DNA from: Nostochopsis sp.
GTDB lineage: Bacteria; Cyanobacteriota; Cyanobacteriia; Cyanobacteriales; Nostocaceae
Assembly (NCBI GenBank): GCA_051172755.1
Contig: JBMNDX010000001.1
Location: forward strand, 863,566 to 927,565
Direction of reading: 5' to 3'
Length of the DNA: 64,000 bases
Shown here: piece after piece, positions 28,238-38,700 of the stretch
How the letters are laid out: every line of letters starts with the position of its first letter
Numbering within the stretch: the first letter of the stretch is position 1
Translations under genes and position numbers: made by a program
The notes under the pieces: generated by a model
Told to the model about the DNA's origin: nothing
What the model saw: only the letters and a program-made list of their open reading frames with translations
Database searches by the model: none

Positions 28238-29575
28238 GTGGAAAACTGGGAAGCTATTCTGAGCGTTTTGACTTTTATCACTGTCATTTTTTTTGTCATG
28301 ACAGAATGGATTCATCTAACAATTGCAGCATTGTTAGGTGCTTTGGTATTAGTATTTACCAATATCATGACTTTACAAGAAGCTATTGGCTATATAGGTA
28401 AAAGTCACGGCACACTTGGTTTATTTTTTGGCGTGATGGTATTGGTACGCGCATTTGAACCGACGAAAATATTTGAGTATTTAGCAACTCAAATGGTTCT
28501 ACTAGCTAAAGGGGAAGGTAAACGTCTGTTATTAGGTATTGTGGCGATTACTACTCCTATTTGTGCGGTTTTACCTAATGCCACAACCGTGATGCTATTA
28601 GCTCCATTAATTCCGCCAATGGCTCAAGAAGTTGGGGTCAATTTTGTACCATTATTAATTCTAATGGTGTTCATTGCTAATAGCTCTGGATTACTGACAA
28701 TAGTTGGTGATCCGGCGACATTTATTGTAGGTGATGCGATCAATCTTAGCTTTACAGATTATCTATGGCGCTTGAGTTTAGGTGGAGCGATCGCTGTTAT
28801 TACTGTGATCGCAATTTTGCCATTGTTATTCCGCAAAATTTGGGATAAAAAACTAGAAAATTTAGAACAGTTGCCACATCCTCAAATTAATCATCCACGT
28901 GTTTTATCGTTGGGAGCATTAATTGTAGCTCTTGTATTAGTGTTTTTTGTGATCGGAGAATCTCTTCCAGTACCGATTTCACCAGCTGCTGTAGCTCTAC
29001 TCGGAGCAGCTTTAGCAATGCTTTTGTCACATCAGAGCAAAATAGATTCTGTTAATAATATTTTGCGGGATGTTGATTGGAGTACATTGATATTTTTTAT
29101 GAGTATATTTGTGCTAATTGGAGGACTAGAAAAAACTGGCGTGATTAACGGTTTATCAGGAGTATTAGCAATTGTTTTGGGAAAAAATATTCTCTTCGGT
29201 TCACTAGTCTTAATATTTTTAATCGGGCTATTGTCTAGCGTAATTCCTAATATTCCTTTAGTAGTAGCAATGGTACCGCTACTCAAACAATACGTTGTTA
29301 ACGTTGGATTAGCGCCAGCAGAAGTTCTCGCATCAGACTTTCAAGGACAGTTTCCACCAGAAGTCTTACCACTTTTTTATGCAATGATGTTTGGTGCTAC
29401 TTTGGGAGGCAATGGAACTTTAGTTGGTGCATCGTCTAACATCGTAGCAGCCGGGATTTCTGAACAACATGGACGCCGTATTTCCTTCAAAACTTTTCTA
29501 CACTACGGTATTCCCGTCATGCTATTGCAACTATGTACCGCATCAGTGTATATGCTGGTTCGCTTTTTACTCTAG
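28238..29575 (+). CDS. ArsB/NhaD/CitMHS-superfamily anion permease
   Basis: 445 aa, 10-12 predicted TM helices. Gly/Pro-rich hairpin loops are typical of this ion-transporter superfamily. Confidence 0.65.
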   Translation: MENWEAILSVLTFITVIFFVMTEWIHLTIAALLGALVLVFTNIMTLQEAIGYIGKSHGTLGLFFGVMVLVRAFEPTKIFEYLATQMVLLAKGEGKRLLLGIVAITTPICAVLPNATTVMLLAPLIPPMAQEVGVNFVPLLILMVFIANSSGLLTIVGDPATFIVGDAINLSFTDYLWRLSLGGAIAVITVIAILPLLFRKIWDKKLENLEQLPHPQINHPRVLSLGALIVALVLVFFVIGESLPVPISPAAVALLGAALAMLLSHQSKIDSVNNILRDVDWSTLIFFMSIFVLIGGLEKTGVINGLSGVLAIVLGKNILFGSLVLIFLIGLLSSVIPNIPLVVAMVPLLKQYVVNVGLAPAEVLASDFQGQFPPEVLPLFYAMMFGATLGGNGTLVGASSNIVAAGISEQHGRRISFKTFLHYGIPVMLLQLCTASVYMLVRFLL

Positions 29576-29599
29576 TACTCGGCCACACGAACTATGCTA

Positions 29600-29650
29600 T
29601 GTTCGTAGTACGCTGCGCGTAAAGCGCTCATAGAGGACTACGCTCTATGC
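29600..29650. repeat. REP-like palindromic element (GTTCGTAGT...AGCGCTCATAGAGGACTACG), member of the GTTCGTAGTGAG family
   Basis: Related to the elements at 35027, 50281 and 52317. Confidence 0.5.
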
Positions 29651-30635
29651 AGAAAAATTGAGGAATAGTAGTAGACTCAAAATAGCTAACTGTTGTTCAG
29701 AGCCACTTTTAACGTTTTTTGATTCGCTCTTGCGCTCTTAGCAAATTGTCAAAGGGACTGTGTAACTATCTTCCCTTTTATTCATTCATTCTTAACTTGC
29801 ACCAATATAAAGTTGATGTACTTTAATCACTCAGTAAAAAACCCAATACCTTGATTTAGCGATAAAAGCTGATAAAAAGAAGGTAGCTTTATCGCGCCTA
29901 TTTTTAATTTACCTGGGTTTGTACGGAGAGGTGTAAGTTAAGAGTTGAAGAACCATATTACGTTAGTATATGTTTCTAGGTTTTAGAAGCACAATATATT
30001 GCTTGATGAGAAAGTGCTAATGTAGGAAATAATACTTGAAATTAAAATTAAGGCAATAACAAGAAATTGTCTTAATATATATTAAAATTAGAAGCTAAAA
30101 TAACTTATAACATAACAAGGATTAAAAATGTCAACGACCCAGGTCTAAAGACACGCTTGCTTCTAGCCTAAAGTCTTTAGACAATAGTTGACCAGACTAA
30201 GTTCTTAACTGAACTACGTTAGAGGCGAGTGTTAAAGACCTACCAAGGAATGCGTAGCTAGTTTCTTGCTCTAGAACCGAACAGTTAAATATCTGTAGAA
30301 GGGTTAAGGAAGTGCTGTTTGGAAAGTACCGACCTCTAACATTGTCGAAGCTAACATTACCCCAGAAATGGGAGGCTCTTAGGAGGCGAAAGCAAAAACA
30401 ACGGGCAGGCTTCTTTGAGATATCTCGAACGGCCCACTAATTAATTAGGGGGTATCAAGCCTGCTCGTTGTTTCCAAGCCAAATGTAAAGGAGCAAAACT
30501 ATTATGCGTACAGAGTTGTGAGATTTGAAATGGTAACTGTCCCATTGAAAGTGCATTACAAAAGCACACCGAATCAAGTAACTCCAAGGCGGTAATAGAA
30601 CAAGGCGATGTTCATATCGCACGTGCCGTTTACTT

Positions 30636-30660
30636 CTCAGCTTTTCAAAGCTGAGTTTTT
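30636..30660 (+). terminator. rho-independent terminator or attenuator hairpin (CTCAGCTT-TTCA-AAGCTGAG plus TTTTT), 8 nt upstream of the SD of the 30679 gene
   Basis: Read directly. Confidence 0.55.
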
Positions 30661-30678
30661 CACATCCCGCGAGGTTTT

Positions 30679-31281
30679 ATGAGTTCGGTGGAAGGAGAAA
30701 AATTTCATCATAATTTTACAGACTCAACCCCAGGTGGTTTAGTCCCAAGCGTAAATCAGGCTGCAATCAGTAATAACTTTGGCGACATTAGCAGTTTAGA
30801 TAAAGTCAGAGATATTCTTTTTGGTGGTCAGATGCGAGAACTAGAAAAAAAGTTTACGCGTCTAGAAGATCGTCTAATTAAAGAATGTGCTAGCTTACGA
30901 GATGAAACAAAAAAACGTTTAGATTATTTAGAAACTTATATCAAAAATGAAATTGAAGCTGTAAATGATCAGCTAAGAAGCGAACAATTAAAACGAGAAG
31001 AAGCCATCACAACACTCAGCGAAGAGCAAAAAGGAATCAATCTTTCTATAGAAAGAAAACTCTCGCAATTTGATGAACAAGCAACGACAAAAACACGAGA
31101 ATTACGCGAACAACTTCTTAATCAATCTCAAAGCCTACAGGATGACATTCGTCAAAAATACGAGGATATCTTAGCACTACTGCAACAGGAATCTCAAGAA
31201 ATACGTGCAGAAAAAACAGATCGTTCCACTCTTGCAGCCATGTTTACAGAATTAGCAATCCGGCTGAATTCTAGACAGTAG
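30679..31281 (+). CDS. coiled-coil protein (200 aa)
   Basis: Heptad-rich E/K/Q/L composition. SD GCGAGG 5 nt upstream. Confidence 0.5.
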   Translation: MSSVEGEKFHHNFTDSTPGGLVPSVNQAAISNNFGDISSLDKVRDILFGGQMRELEKKFTRLEDRLIKECASLRDETKKRLDYLETYIKNEIEAVNDQLRSEQLKREEAITTLSEEQKGINLSIERKLSQFDEQATTKTRELREQLLNQSQSLQDDIRQKYEDILALLQQESQEIRAEKTDRSTLAAMFTELAIRLNSRQ

Positions 31282-31299
31282 AGAAAGTGTCAAGAGTGT

Positions 31300-31383
31300 A
31301 AGACTAACCTCTAACCACTAACCCCTAACCACTAATCACTAACCACTAATCACTAACAACTAACCACTAACCCCTAACCACTA
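31300..31383. repeat. heptanucleotide tandem repeats (CTAACCA/CTAACCC/CTAATCA) x about 11
   Basis: Read directly. Confidence 0.85.
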
Positions 31384-31440
31384 TTTCCAATAAATTTTTA
31401 ACAAATGTGCAACTCAACATAGCTCGTGAGTTGAATAGTT

Positions 31441-33252
31441 TTGCCCATGAATGAATATTACCCTGAAGAATTAACGTACAAATCACGGGAAATTTCTAAT
31501 GATAGCAATTCCGATGAAACTTTACCTGTAAATAACGGGGAAGCTACTAATGAACTCAGTGAACTCCGTAGTTTGCTTTTGGGGGTAGAAACTGCACAAC
31601 TTGATAAACTATACGAGCGATTAGAAAATCCTCAGATTCAAGCAGAAGATATTAGTAGTTTGCTTCCAGAAGCTGTGATTCTGGGAACAATACAAGATCA
31701 GCAGTTAGTCAAAGCAATAGTTCCTACAGTTGAACAAGCGATTCAATCTTCTGTTAAGCAAGATTTAAATGTTCTTTCTGAAGCATTTTTTCCCATAATT
31801 GGCCCTGCGATTCGTAAGGCTATTAGTACAGTTCTAGATCAAATGATGCAATCTTTGAATCAAACACTAGAACACAGTATGTCACCACAAAGTTTTAAGT
31901 GGAGACTAGAAGCACGACAGACAGGGAAGACTTTTGCTGAAGTTGTTCTACTACGCACCCTGATTTACCGAGTAGAGCAAATATTTTTAATTCACAAACA
32001 AACTGGATTATTGCTGCAACATATTTTAGCGCCACAGGTAGCCGCTCAAGATCCTGATTTAGTTTCAGCTATGTTGACAGCTATTCAAGATTTTGTCAAA
32101 GACTCTTTCGATGTTAAAAAAGGTGAGGCGTTACAAAGTTTGCATTTTGGGGAACTCACAATATGGATTGAGGAAGGGCCACAAGCAGTATTAGCAGGTA
32201 TAATTCGAGGAAATGCTCCTCATGAACTACGATTAGTTTTTCAAAACGCCATAGAAAAGATTCACCTGAAATTGCATAGAGAACTTCATGATTTTACAGG
32301 TGAAACAATACTATTTAGTATTAGTAAACCTTATCTAGAGGAATGTTTAGAAGTAAGGTATAAAGTTTCATCCAAGAAAAAATATATCTATGCATGGAGT
32401 TTATTGGGTGCGATCGCGATCGCACTTGGGATATGGAGCTTTTTTAGCTTTAGAGAACAATTACGTTGGAATGCGTATTTAGAAAAACTTAACTCTCAGC
32501 CTGGGATTGTTGTGATTCAAGCCAAGAAGGGATATGGAAAAAATTTCATTTCTGGAATGCGCGATCCTTTAGCTACAGATCCGTATTTACTGATGCAACA
32601 AGCTAACATTAATCCTCAGACAGTTATCAGTCAATGGCAACCTTATGTATCGCTTGAACCGCAAATAATAGCAAAAAGAGCCGCAGAATTACTGCAAGCT
32701 CCCAAAACTGTATCACTCAAAGTTGATCAAAATGGTGTCCTTTCTGCTACAGGAAATGCTCCACGTCAATGGATTTTAGAAACAAAAAAATCTTGGCGTT
32801 TGGTTCCTGGTATCACTGAATACATTGATAAAAATTTACTTGAATTAGAACTACAAGAATTGCAATTATATAAACAAAAAATTGAGCAGTATCAACTCTT
32901 ATTTGTTGAGGGAACTACTGAATTTTTGCCAGGTGAAAGTAATAAATTACCAGATATAGTATTCGCAATCAAAAAAATATCCAGTTTAGCTAAGTCTTTA
33001 GGCAAAGATGTGCGTTTTGAAATTACAGGACACACAAATATAACTGGAACAGAGCAAAGAAATATGATACTCAGTCAAGCCCGTGCTAATAAAATTATAG
33101 CTTACTTAAATTTTCAAGGTATTAATACAATTAGTTTTACTAGCGTGGGTGTAGGGTCAAGTCAATCTTCAAGCATAGGACTAACAGAACAAAATCAACA
33201 AATTAATCGTAGGGTATCTTTTAAGGTATTCTTAATTGATGCCCATAACTGA
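31441..33252 (+). CDS. membrane protein with an N-terminal cytoplasmic domain (about 310 aa), one TM helix and a C-terminal OmpA/MotB-like peptidoglycan-binding domain
   Basis: TM helix YIYAWSLLGAIAIALGIWSFFSF. OmpA-C-like motif ITGHTNITGTEQRNMILSQARANKIIAYL. Confidence 0.6.
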   Translation: MPMNEYYPEELTYKSREISNDSNSDETLPVNNGEATNELSELRSLLLGVETAQLDKLYERLENPQIQAEDISSLLPEAVILGTIQDQQLVKAIVPTVEQAIQSSVKQDLNVLSEAFFPIIGPAIRKAISTVLDQMMQSLNQTLEHSMSPQSFKWRLEARQTGKTFAEVVLLRTLIYRVEQIFLIHKQTGLLLQHILAPQVAAQDPDLVSAMLTAIQDFVKDSFDVKKGEALQSLHFGELTIWIEEGPQAVLAGIIRGNAPHELRLVFQNAIEKIHLKLHRELHDFTGETILFSISKPYLEECLEVRYKVSSKKKYIYAWSLLGAIAIALGIWSFFSFREQLRWNAYLEKLNSQPGIVVIQAKKGYGKNFISGMRDPLATDPYLLMQQANINPQTVISQWQPYVSLEPQIIAKRAAELLQAPKTVSLKVDQNGVLSATGNAPRQWILETKKSWRLVPGITEYIDKNLLELELQELQLYKQKIEQYQLLFVEGTTEFLPGESNKLPDIVFAIKKISSLAKSLGKDVRFEITGHTNITGTEQRNMILSQARANKIIAYLNFQGINTISFTSVGVGSSQSSSIGLTEQNQQINRRVSFKVFLIDAHN

Positions 33253-33264
33253 GGAAAAATACTT

Positions 33265-33762
33265 ATGCTGCAAAAAAAGATTTGCATGGTAGGTGCATTT
33301 GCTGCTGGTAAAACTAGTTTAGTAGCGAGGTTTGTTCACAGTATTTTCTCTGATAAGTATCAAACAACAGTTGGTGTAAAAATTGATAAAAAGTCAATAA
33401 ATGTTCAAGGACAAAACGTAGATTTTATTATTTGGGATTTATATGGAGAAGATGAGTTTCAAAAAGTACGTATGTCATACTTACGTGGTTCTTCAGGATA
33501 TTTATTAGTAGTAGATGGAACTAGAAAGAATACTCTAGAGAAAGCTTTAAACTTACAAATTAAAGTAGAAAATACCATTGGAACAGTCCCTTTTATACTT
33601 ATAGTCAATAAATGGGATTTAACAGAAGAATGGGAAATTAGTGAGTCTGAAATGAACGAAGTTGTGCAAAGGGGTTGGATTGTCATCAAAACGAGCGCGA
33701 AAACAGGTTTGGGTGTCGAAGAATCTTTCCAAATTCTTGCTAATAAAATTTTAGAAATATAG
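33265..33762 (+). CDS. Ras-superfamily small GTPase (165 aa)
   Basis: G1 GAFAAGKTS, G2 Thr (YQTTVGV), G3 WDLYGED, G4 NKWD and G5 TSAK. Confidence 0.8.
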   Translation: MLQKKICMVGAFAAGKTSLVARFVHSIFSDKYQTTVGVKIDKKSINVQGQNVDFIIWDLYGEDEFQKVRMSYLRGSSGYLLVVDGTRKNTLEKALNLQIKVENTIGTVPFILIVNKWDLTEEWEISESEMNEVVQRGWIVIKTSAKTGLGVEESFQILANKILEI

Positions 33763-33888
33763 GTAATTAGTTAAACAAATATATAGTTGATTAACAAAAA
33801 AATTCCATAAAATCTATCTTAATTGACGCCAGTTTTTAAGCAGTTATAAAATTAACAATATTTAATCACAACTACATTTAAGAAAATA

Positions 33889-35016
33889 GTGTATATCATG
33901 AGCGACTCTATTATAACAGATGTGTTTGCTGCTCTAGATACTCTAGTCTTAGAGAGATTAAACTTTGGCCGCTTTAGAATTATTGGAACCCCACCAGATT
34001 GGTTACAACCATTTTGTCTTAACCAAGTTAAATCTGGAATGCAAATACTCATACCGGAACAAGAGTTTCCCTTTTTAGAAAATTTTCTAATAGATGCTGA
34101 AGAGCTATGGAACAAAAATGACAAAAATCAATTAAACTCAGGTATTTGGCATCAATTAGATTTATCTGGCAAAGAATATCATTTTGAAGCCATAGCAATT
34201 GGTGTTAAAAATAATAAAATCTTATTAATCAAATTATTAGAGGAGGAATTTGAAGAAAAAAGAAACCTAATTCAAAAAGCTAGAGAGGATCAACTTAATT
34301 ACCAATATATTATAAAAGAGAACCAAAAGAAAGATATTTTGGTTCACTGTATTATACATGATATTGCTGGACATATCAGTGGAATTAATTGCTGTTTGAT
34401 GCTGTTAGAAACTGAAAATTTAACGCCAAAAGCCAGAGAGTATTTAGAAATAGGAAAAAAACAAACACTTCAGGAAGAAAACTTAATTAGAGATATTTTA
34501 TATGCATTCTCTGCCGAAGTAAATTCTCTAGAATCTTTTACTGTAGATACCGATATAGCTCCAAATACTTTAACTTCTGCACAAGAAGTTATCCAACTTT
34601 TATCACCCACTTTTTTACTGAATAAAGTAAAGTTGCAACTTGCAAATAATATTGATATGACAGCAGATTGGAGGGTTATAGGTGATAAATCACGCTTGAA
34701 TAGAATTCTTGCTAATTTGGCAGAAAATGCTTTTCGTTACAGTCCTATGAGTTCTACAGTGACAATCGGTTTACAGCAAGAAGAAGATCATATTTTTGTT
34801 ACGGTAGATGACCAAGGTGTTGGTATCCCAGCAGGAAAAGCTAAAAATCTTTTTGATAAGTTTTCCCAAGCTGATAAATCTGGTAGGGTTGGGCTTGGAC
34901 TATATTTTTGCCGTATTACTATAGAACGTTGGGGTGGTCAAATTGGTTATGTTCCTCTTGAGCAAGGAGGTTCTCGGTTTTGGTTGCGGTTATTAAAACC
35001 GAAATCACAGACTTAA
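33889..35016 (+). CDS. cytoplasmic sensor histidine kinase with a novel about 130-aa N-terminal domain
   Basis: H-box IIHDIAGHISG, N-box ANLAENAFRYS, G1 DDQGVGIP and G2 GLGLYFC. No TM segment. Confidence 0.75.
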   Translation: MYIMSDSIITDVFAALDTLVLERLNFGRFRIIGTPPDWLQPFCLNQVKSGMQILIPEQEFPFLENFLIDAEELWNKNDKNQLNSGIWHQLDLSGKEYHFEAIAIGVKNNKILLIKLLEEEFEEKRNLIQKAREDQLNYQYIIKENQKKDILVHCIIHDIAGHISGINCCLMLLETENLTPKAREYLEIGKKQTLQEENLIRDILYAFSAEVNSLESFTVDTDIAPNTLTSAQEVIQLLSPTFLLNKVKLQLANNIDMTADWRVIGDKSRLNRILANLAENAFRYSPMSSTVTIGLQQEEDHIFVTVDDQGVGIPAGKAKNLFDKFSQADKSGRVGLGLYFCRITIERWGGQIGYVPLEQGGSRFWLRLLKPKSQT

Positions 35017-35026
35017 GTTCGTAGTA

Positions 35027-35071
35027 AGCACCCCTAGCCTTTTTTTGAGAACTAAAGTCCTCACTACGAAC
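35027..35071. repeat. REP-like palindrome GTTCGTAGTAAG...CTCACTACGAAC
   Basis: Inverted arms read directly. Sits between the convergent histidine kinase and hli genes. Confidence 0.65.
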
Positions 35072-35091
35072 CTTTAATTACATAAAATTCA

Positions 35092-35292
35092 CTAACCAAT
35101 AAAATGCAAAACATCACGTAACACGCTGTAACCAGCTAAATCCCAAAGCAAATAAGCAAGAAAGCCAATCATGGCCAAGCGACCGTTCCATAGTTCTGCT
35201 TGGGGATTAAAGCCAAAGATAAAAGCGTTACGGTCAACGCCATTGTATGCTGGAGCTACTGGTGGTAAATCTGTTGAAGGACGAGTTTCCAT
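35092..35292 (-). CDS. hli: high-light-inducible protein (HLIP/Scp, one-helix CAB-like)
   Basis: Chlorophyll-binding motif AELWNGRLAMIGF. 66 aa with a single TM helix. Confidence 0.85.
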   Translation of the reverse strand: METRPSTDLPPVAPAYNGVDRNAFIFGFNPQAELWNGRLAMIGFLAYLLWDLAGYSVLRDVLHFIG

Positions 35293-35406
35293 TTTTTGCC
35301 TCCGAAATTATTCTATAGATTGCTTGACTTTTGTGTGATTAGCTATTAGTAATTGATGATTTTTAAATCTTAATAACTAATAACTAATTTGGGTTTCCGA
35401 ACGATT

Positions 35407-35426
35407 TGTTACATATGTTTACTTTA
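35407..35426. promoter_or_regulatory. HLR1-like direct repeat (GTTACATA-TG-TTTACTTT), candidate RpaB binding site upstream of hli
   Basis: Matches the (G/T)TTACA(T/A)(T/A)-N2-(G/T)TTACA(T/A)(T/A) consensus with one mismatch. About 115 bp upstream of the hli start. Confidence 0.4.
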
Positions 35427-35799
35427 GCTAGGAATTATTAGCTTGCTGTATTCCTATGGTTACAAAGTATAGGCACTCCTAATGGATGATTATTCAATCG
35501 GTTTTTGAATACGGAAATGTATCCTAAGAGGGTGAAAATTTTTTATTTTTAAATAAATATTAAAACAACCCAGCGCTTAAGTGATAACACCGAGGTAGCT
35601 AAAAAAATTGCAGGCTGAAGTATTAGTGATAAAAACTTATATCTAACGCAGTATATAGTATCAGACCTTGGGCGGATGCTGTAATAGGCTAAATTCCACG
35701 ATTCTGAGCTAAGGAATCGTGTATGGCGAATGATATAGATGTAAAACTAATTAGCAACTTTTTATACCAAAAAATTAAAACATAGAGGAAAAAAATAGA

Positions 35800-38700
35800 A
35801 TGTTTCAGAGTACGGTAACAACGCTGGAACTCTACCAGTCTTTATTTTGGATAGCGCAGGTTATAGCAGAGCCAGAAGGTATCTCACCAGCACAAGCATC
35901 GGTTGCTATTTCAGGGCCACGTTTTTTTACTGCTTTAATTTCCGGTGTAATCCTGGCTTTTGCGTTTCAATTGGTATTAACTAACCTTTCAGTTGCAGCA
36001 GGTATTTCCTATTTAGGGCGTCCATCTGATTCCAATTCAGATCACGAGGAAGTCGGTAGTTTCGGCGGAACTATCCGCAAAATTGGTACTGCTGTAGGAA
36101 TTTGGACTTTAATCACAGTCACTATCGCCTTAGCGATCGCTTGCTTTTTGGCTGTCAAAATGAGTCTGGTTATTTTTAGTCCAGGACTGGGTGCAATTCT
36201 CGGTTTAGTAATTTGGGGTGCATACTTCTTATTACTAGTGTGGGTGAGTTCCACCACAGTCGGTTCTTTAATTGGTAATGTAGTTAACACTGCAACTTCC
36301 GGCTTTCAGGCAATTATGGGAACAGCCACCGCCGCTTTGGGTGCAAAGGCTATAAACCAGCAGGTAGTAGCCACCACCGAAGCCGCAGCTGCGGCTGTTC
36401 GCCGGGAATTCGGTAGTGCGATCGACCCTACCAGTGTCCGCGAACAAGTCGAAGATTACCTGGAAATGGTACGTCCGCCGGAACTAGACTTAACTAAGAT
36501 TCGCGGTGATTTTGAAAGATTGTTGAGTGATCCGCAAGTCCGAGAAATAGCCACTTCAGGCGATATTCGCAATATTGATCGCCAGAAATTTATCGACTTA
36601 GTCAGCAGTCGCACCGACCTATCAAAGCGTGATGCTAACCGGATCGCCGATACCTTGTATGGTGTTTGGCAACAGGTAGTAAGTCAAACTCCCTCCCAAG
36701 ATAAAATGGCTGAGTTAGTTGATTATCTCAAATCACTCCAACCAGGACAAGCAAACACAGGCGAACTCAACCGCAAACTCGATCAGCTAATGGCAGAAAT
36801 GCGTTCTGCTAAAGAAGCAGACCAAAAAGCGACCCCTGGCCCGATTCAGCGAACATTACAACAGGGAATAACAGCTTTGAGTGGGATTGTCTTGGGACGG
36901 ACTGATCTGTCAGATTTAGATGTCGAAAAAATCTTGGGTGCTTTAACCACAGCTAAAGATAAAGTTAGTGAAAAAGCAGATCAATTAGGACTACCGACAC
37001 CAAAACAACCTTACAGTCCGATTCGTGCAGATGTAGAAAACTACCTGTTGAATACTTATGCTTGGCAGTTAAGTCAAGAGAGAATAGCTCAGGATTTCCG
37101 CGATGTGATCTATGATCCTGCGGCTGATCCTGGAACCATACGCCGGGAATTAGAACAACTGTCTCGCAGGGATTTTACTAATACCCTGCAACAGCGTGGT
37201 CTTTTGACCCAAGCAGAAATTCAACGTATCGTTGACCAGTTAGAAGCTGTTCGACAAAATGTCTTGGTGACAGTCACTGCTGAAGAAGAAAGAGAAATTG
37301 TACAGGACTTGCAACGCCGAGTTGAGAGTTATTTACTCGTCACTCCCAAATCAGAATTAACTCCAGAGGGAATTGAGCAGAACTTTAAATCACTGTTGCA
37401 GGACTCCGATGCAGATTATGAAACTCAATCTCGCCGTTTAGCATTGTTAGACCGTCAAGAACTGCGGGAAATACTGCTAGAACGGAATGATATTAATCCA
37501 GAAGAAGCAGAGACAATTCTCAACGAACTGGAAAAACAGCGCGATCGCGTCCTCATTGAATCTAAAGGATTAGCAGATCAAGCCAAATATCAAGCCGAAA
37601 CACTCTGGCTAAATGTAGAGTCATATCTGCGTAATACTGGCAAAGAAGAACTAAATCCCAACGCGATTAGAGCCGAGTTAACAAGACTGCTGCAAGATCC
37701 ACAAGCTGGAGCCGCAGCGCTGCGGGCGCGTGTGTCTCGTTTTGACCGAGATACTTTAGTCAAATTGCTGAGTCAGCGCCAAGATTTGAGTGAAGACCAA
37801 GCCAATCAAATTCTCGGCACAGTTGAAGATTCTTGGCATAATGTTCGCCATGCACCGCAAGCCATAGCTGATAAAGCCAAACAACAATACGACTCAGTTA
37901 CAACTACCATCGCTGATTATCTGCGGAAGACGGGCAAAAATGAACTCAACCCCGAAGGGATTCAACGGGATTTGAATCGGCTGTTGCAAGATCCCAGAGA
38001 AGGAGCGATCGCTCTCCGTCGCCGTTTGTCTCAAGTAGACCGAGATACTTTAGTAAAATTACTGAGCCAGCGTCAAGATTTATCTGAAGAACAAGTCAAT
38101 CAAGTGATTGATTCTGTTCAAGACACAATTCGCAATATCGTCCGCTCACCACGTCGTTTGGCTACTCGGACACAACAAAGAGTCGAAACATTCCAAACTT
38201 ATTTGGAAGAATATTTGCGTCGCAGTGGCAAAGAGGAACTCAATCCAGAAGGTATTAAACGCGACCTGTATTTGTTGTTGCATGATCCGCGTGTAGGTAT
38301 GGACAGTTTGAGCGATCGCCTAGCTCAATTTGACCGCTCTACAATTATCACCTTGCTGAAACTGCGCGAAGACCTAAGTGACGAAGAAGCAGCGCGGATT
38401 GCTGATACAATTTTCTCTGTACGCGATTCCTTTGTAGAGCAAGTACGGGCGATTCAACGACGCATTCAAGACACAATTGATGGAATTTTTGCTCGTATCC
38501 GTAGTTACCTTAACTCCCTAGAACGTCCCGAATTGAATTATGATGGTATTAAGCGGGATGTTCGCACATTATTTGATGATCCTCAAGCTGGATTTGATGC
38601 TTTACGCGATCGCCTGTCTTCTTTCAACCGCGAAACCTTGGTAGCAGTCATGAGTTCTCGTGAGGATATCTCAGAAGAAGATGCGAATCGGATTATCGAC

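Noticed and set aside
30100-30680. Possible tmRNA, RNase P RNA or other large structured housekeeping RNA in the 1.1-kb ORF-free region
   Set aside because: There is no tRNA-like acceptor/T-arm pairing, no plausible tag-peptide reading frame ending in hydrophobic residues plus stop, and no RNase P conserved blocks (GGAAAGTCCGGGCTCC or AGGGTGAAA-type). Only the terminator or attenuator interpretation is retained.
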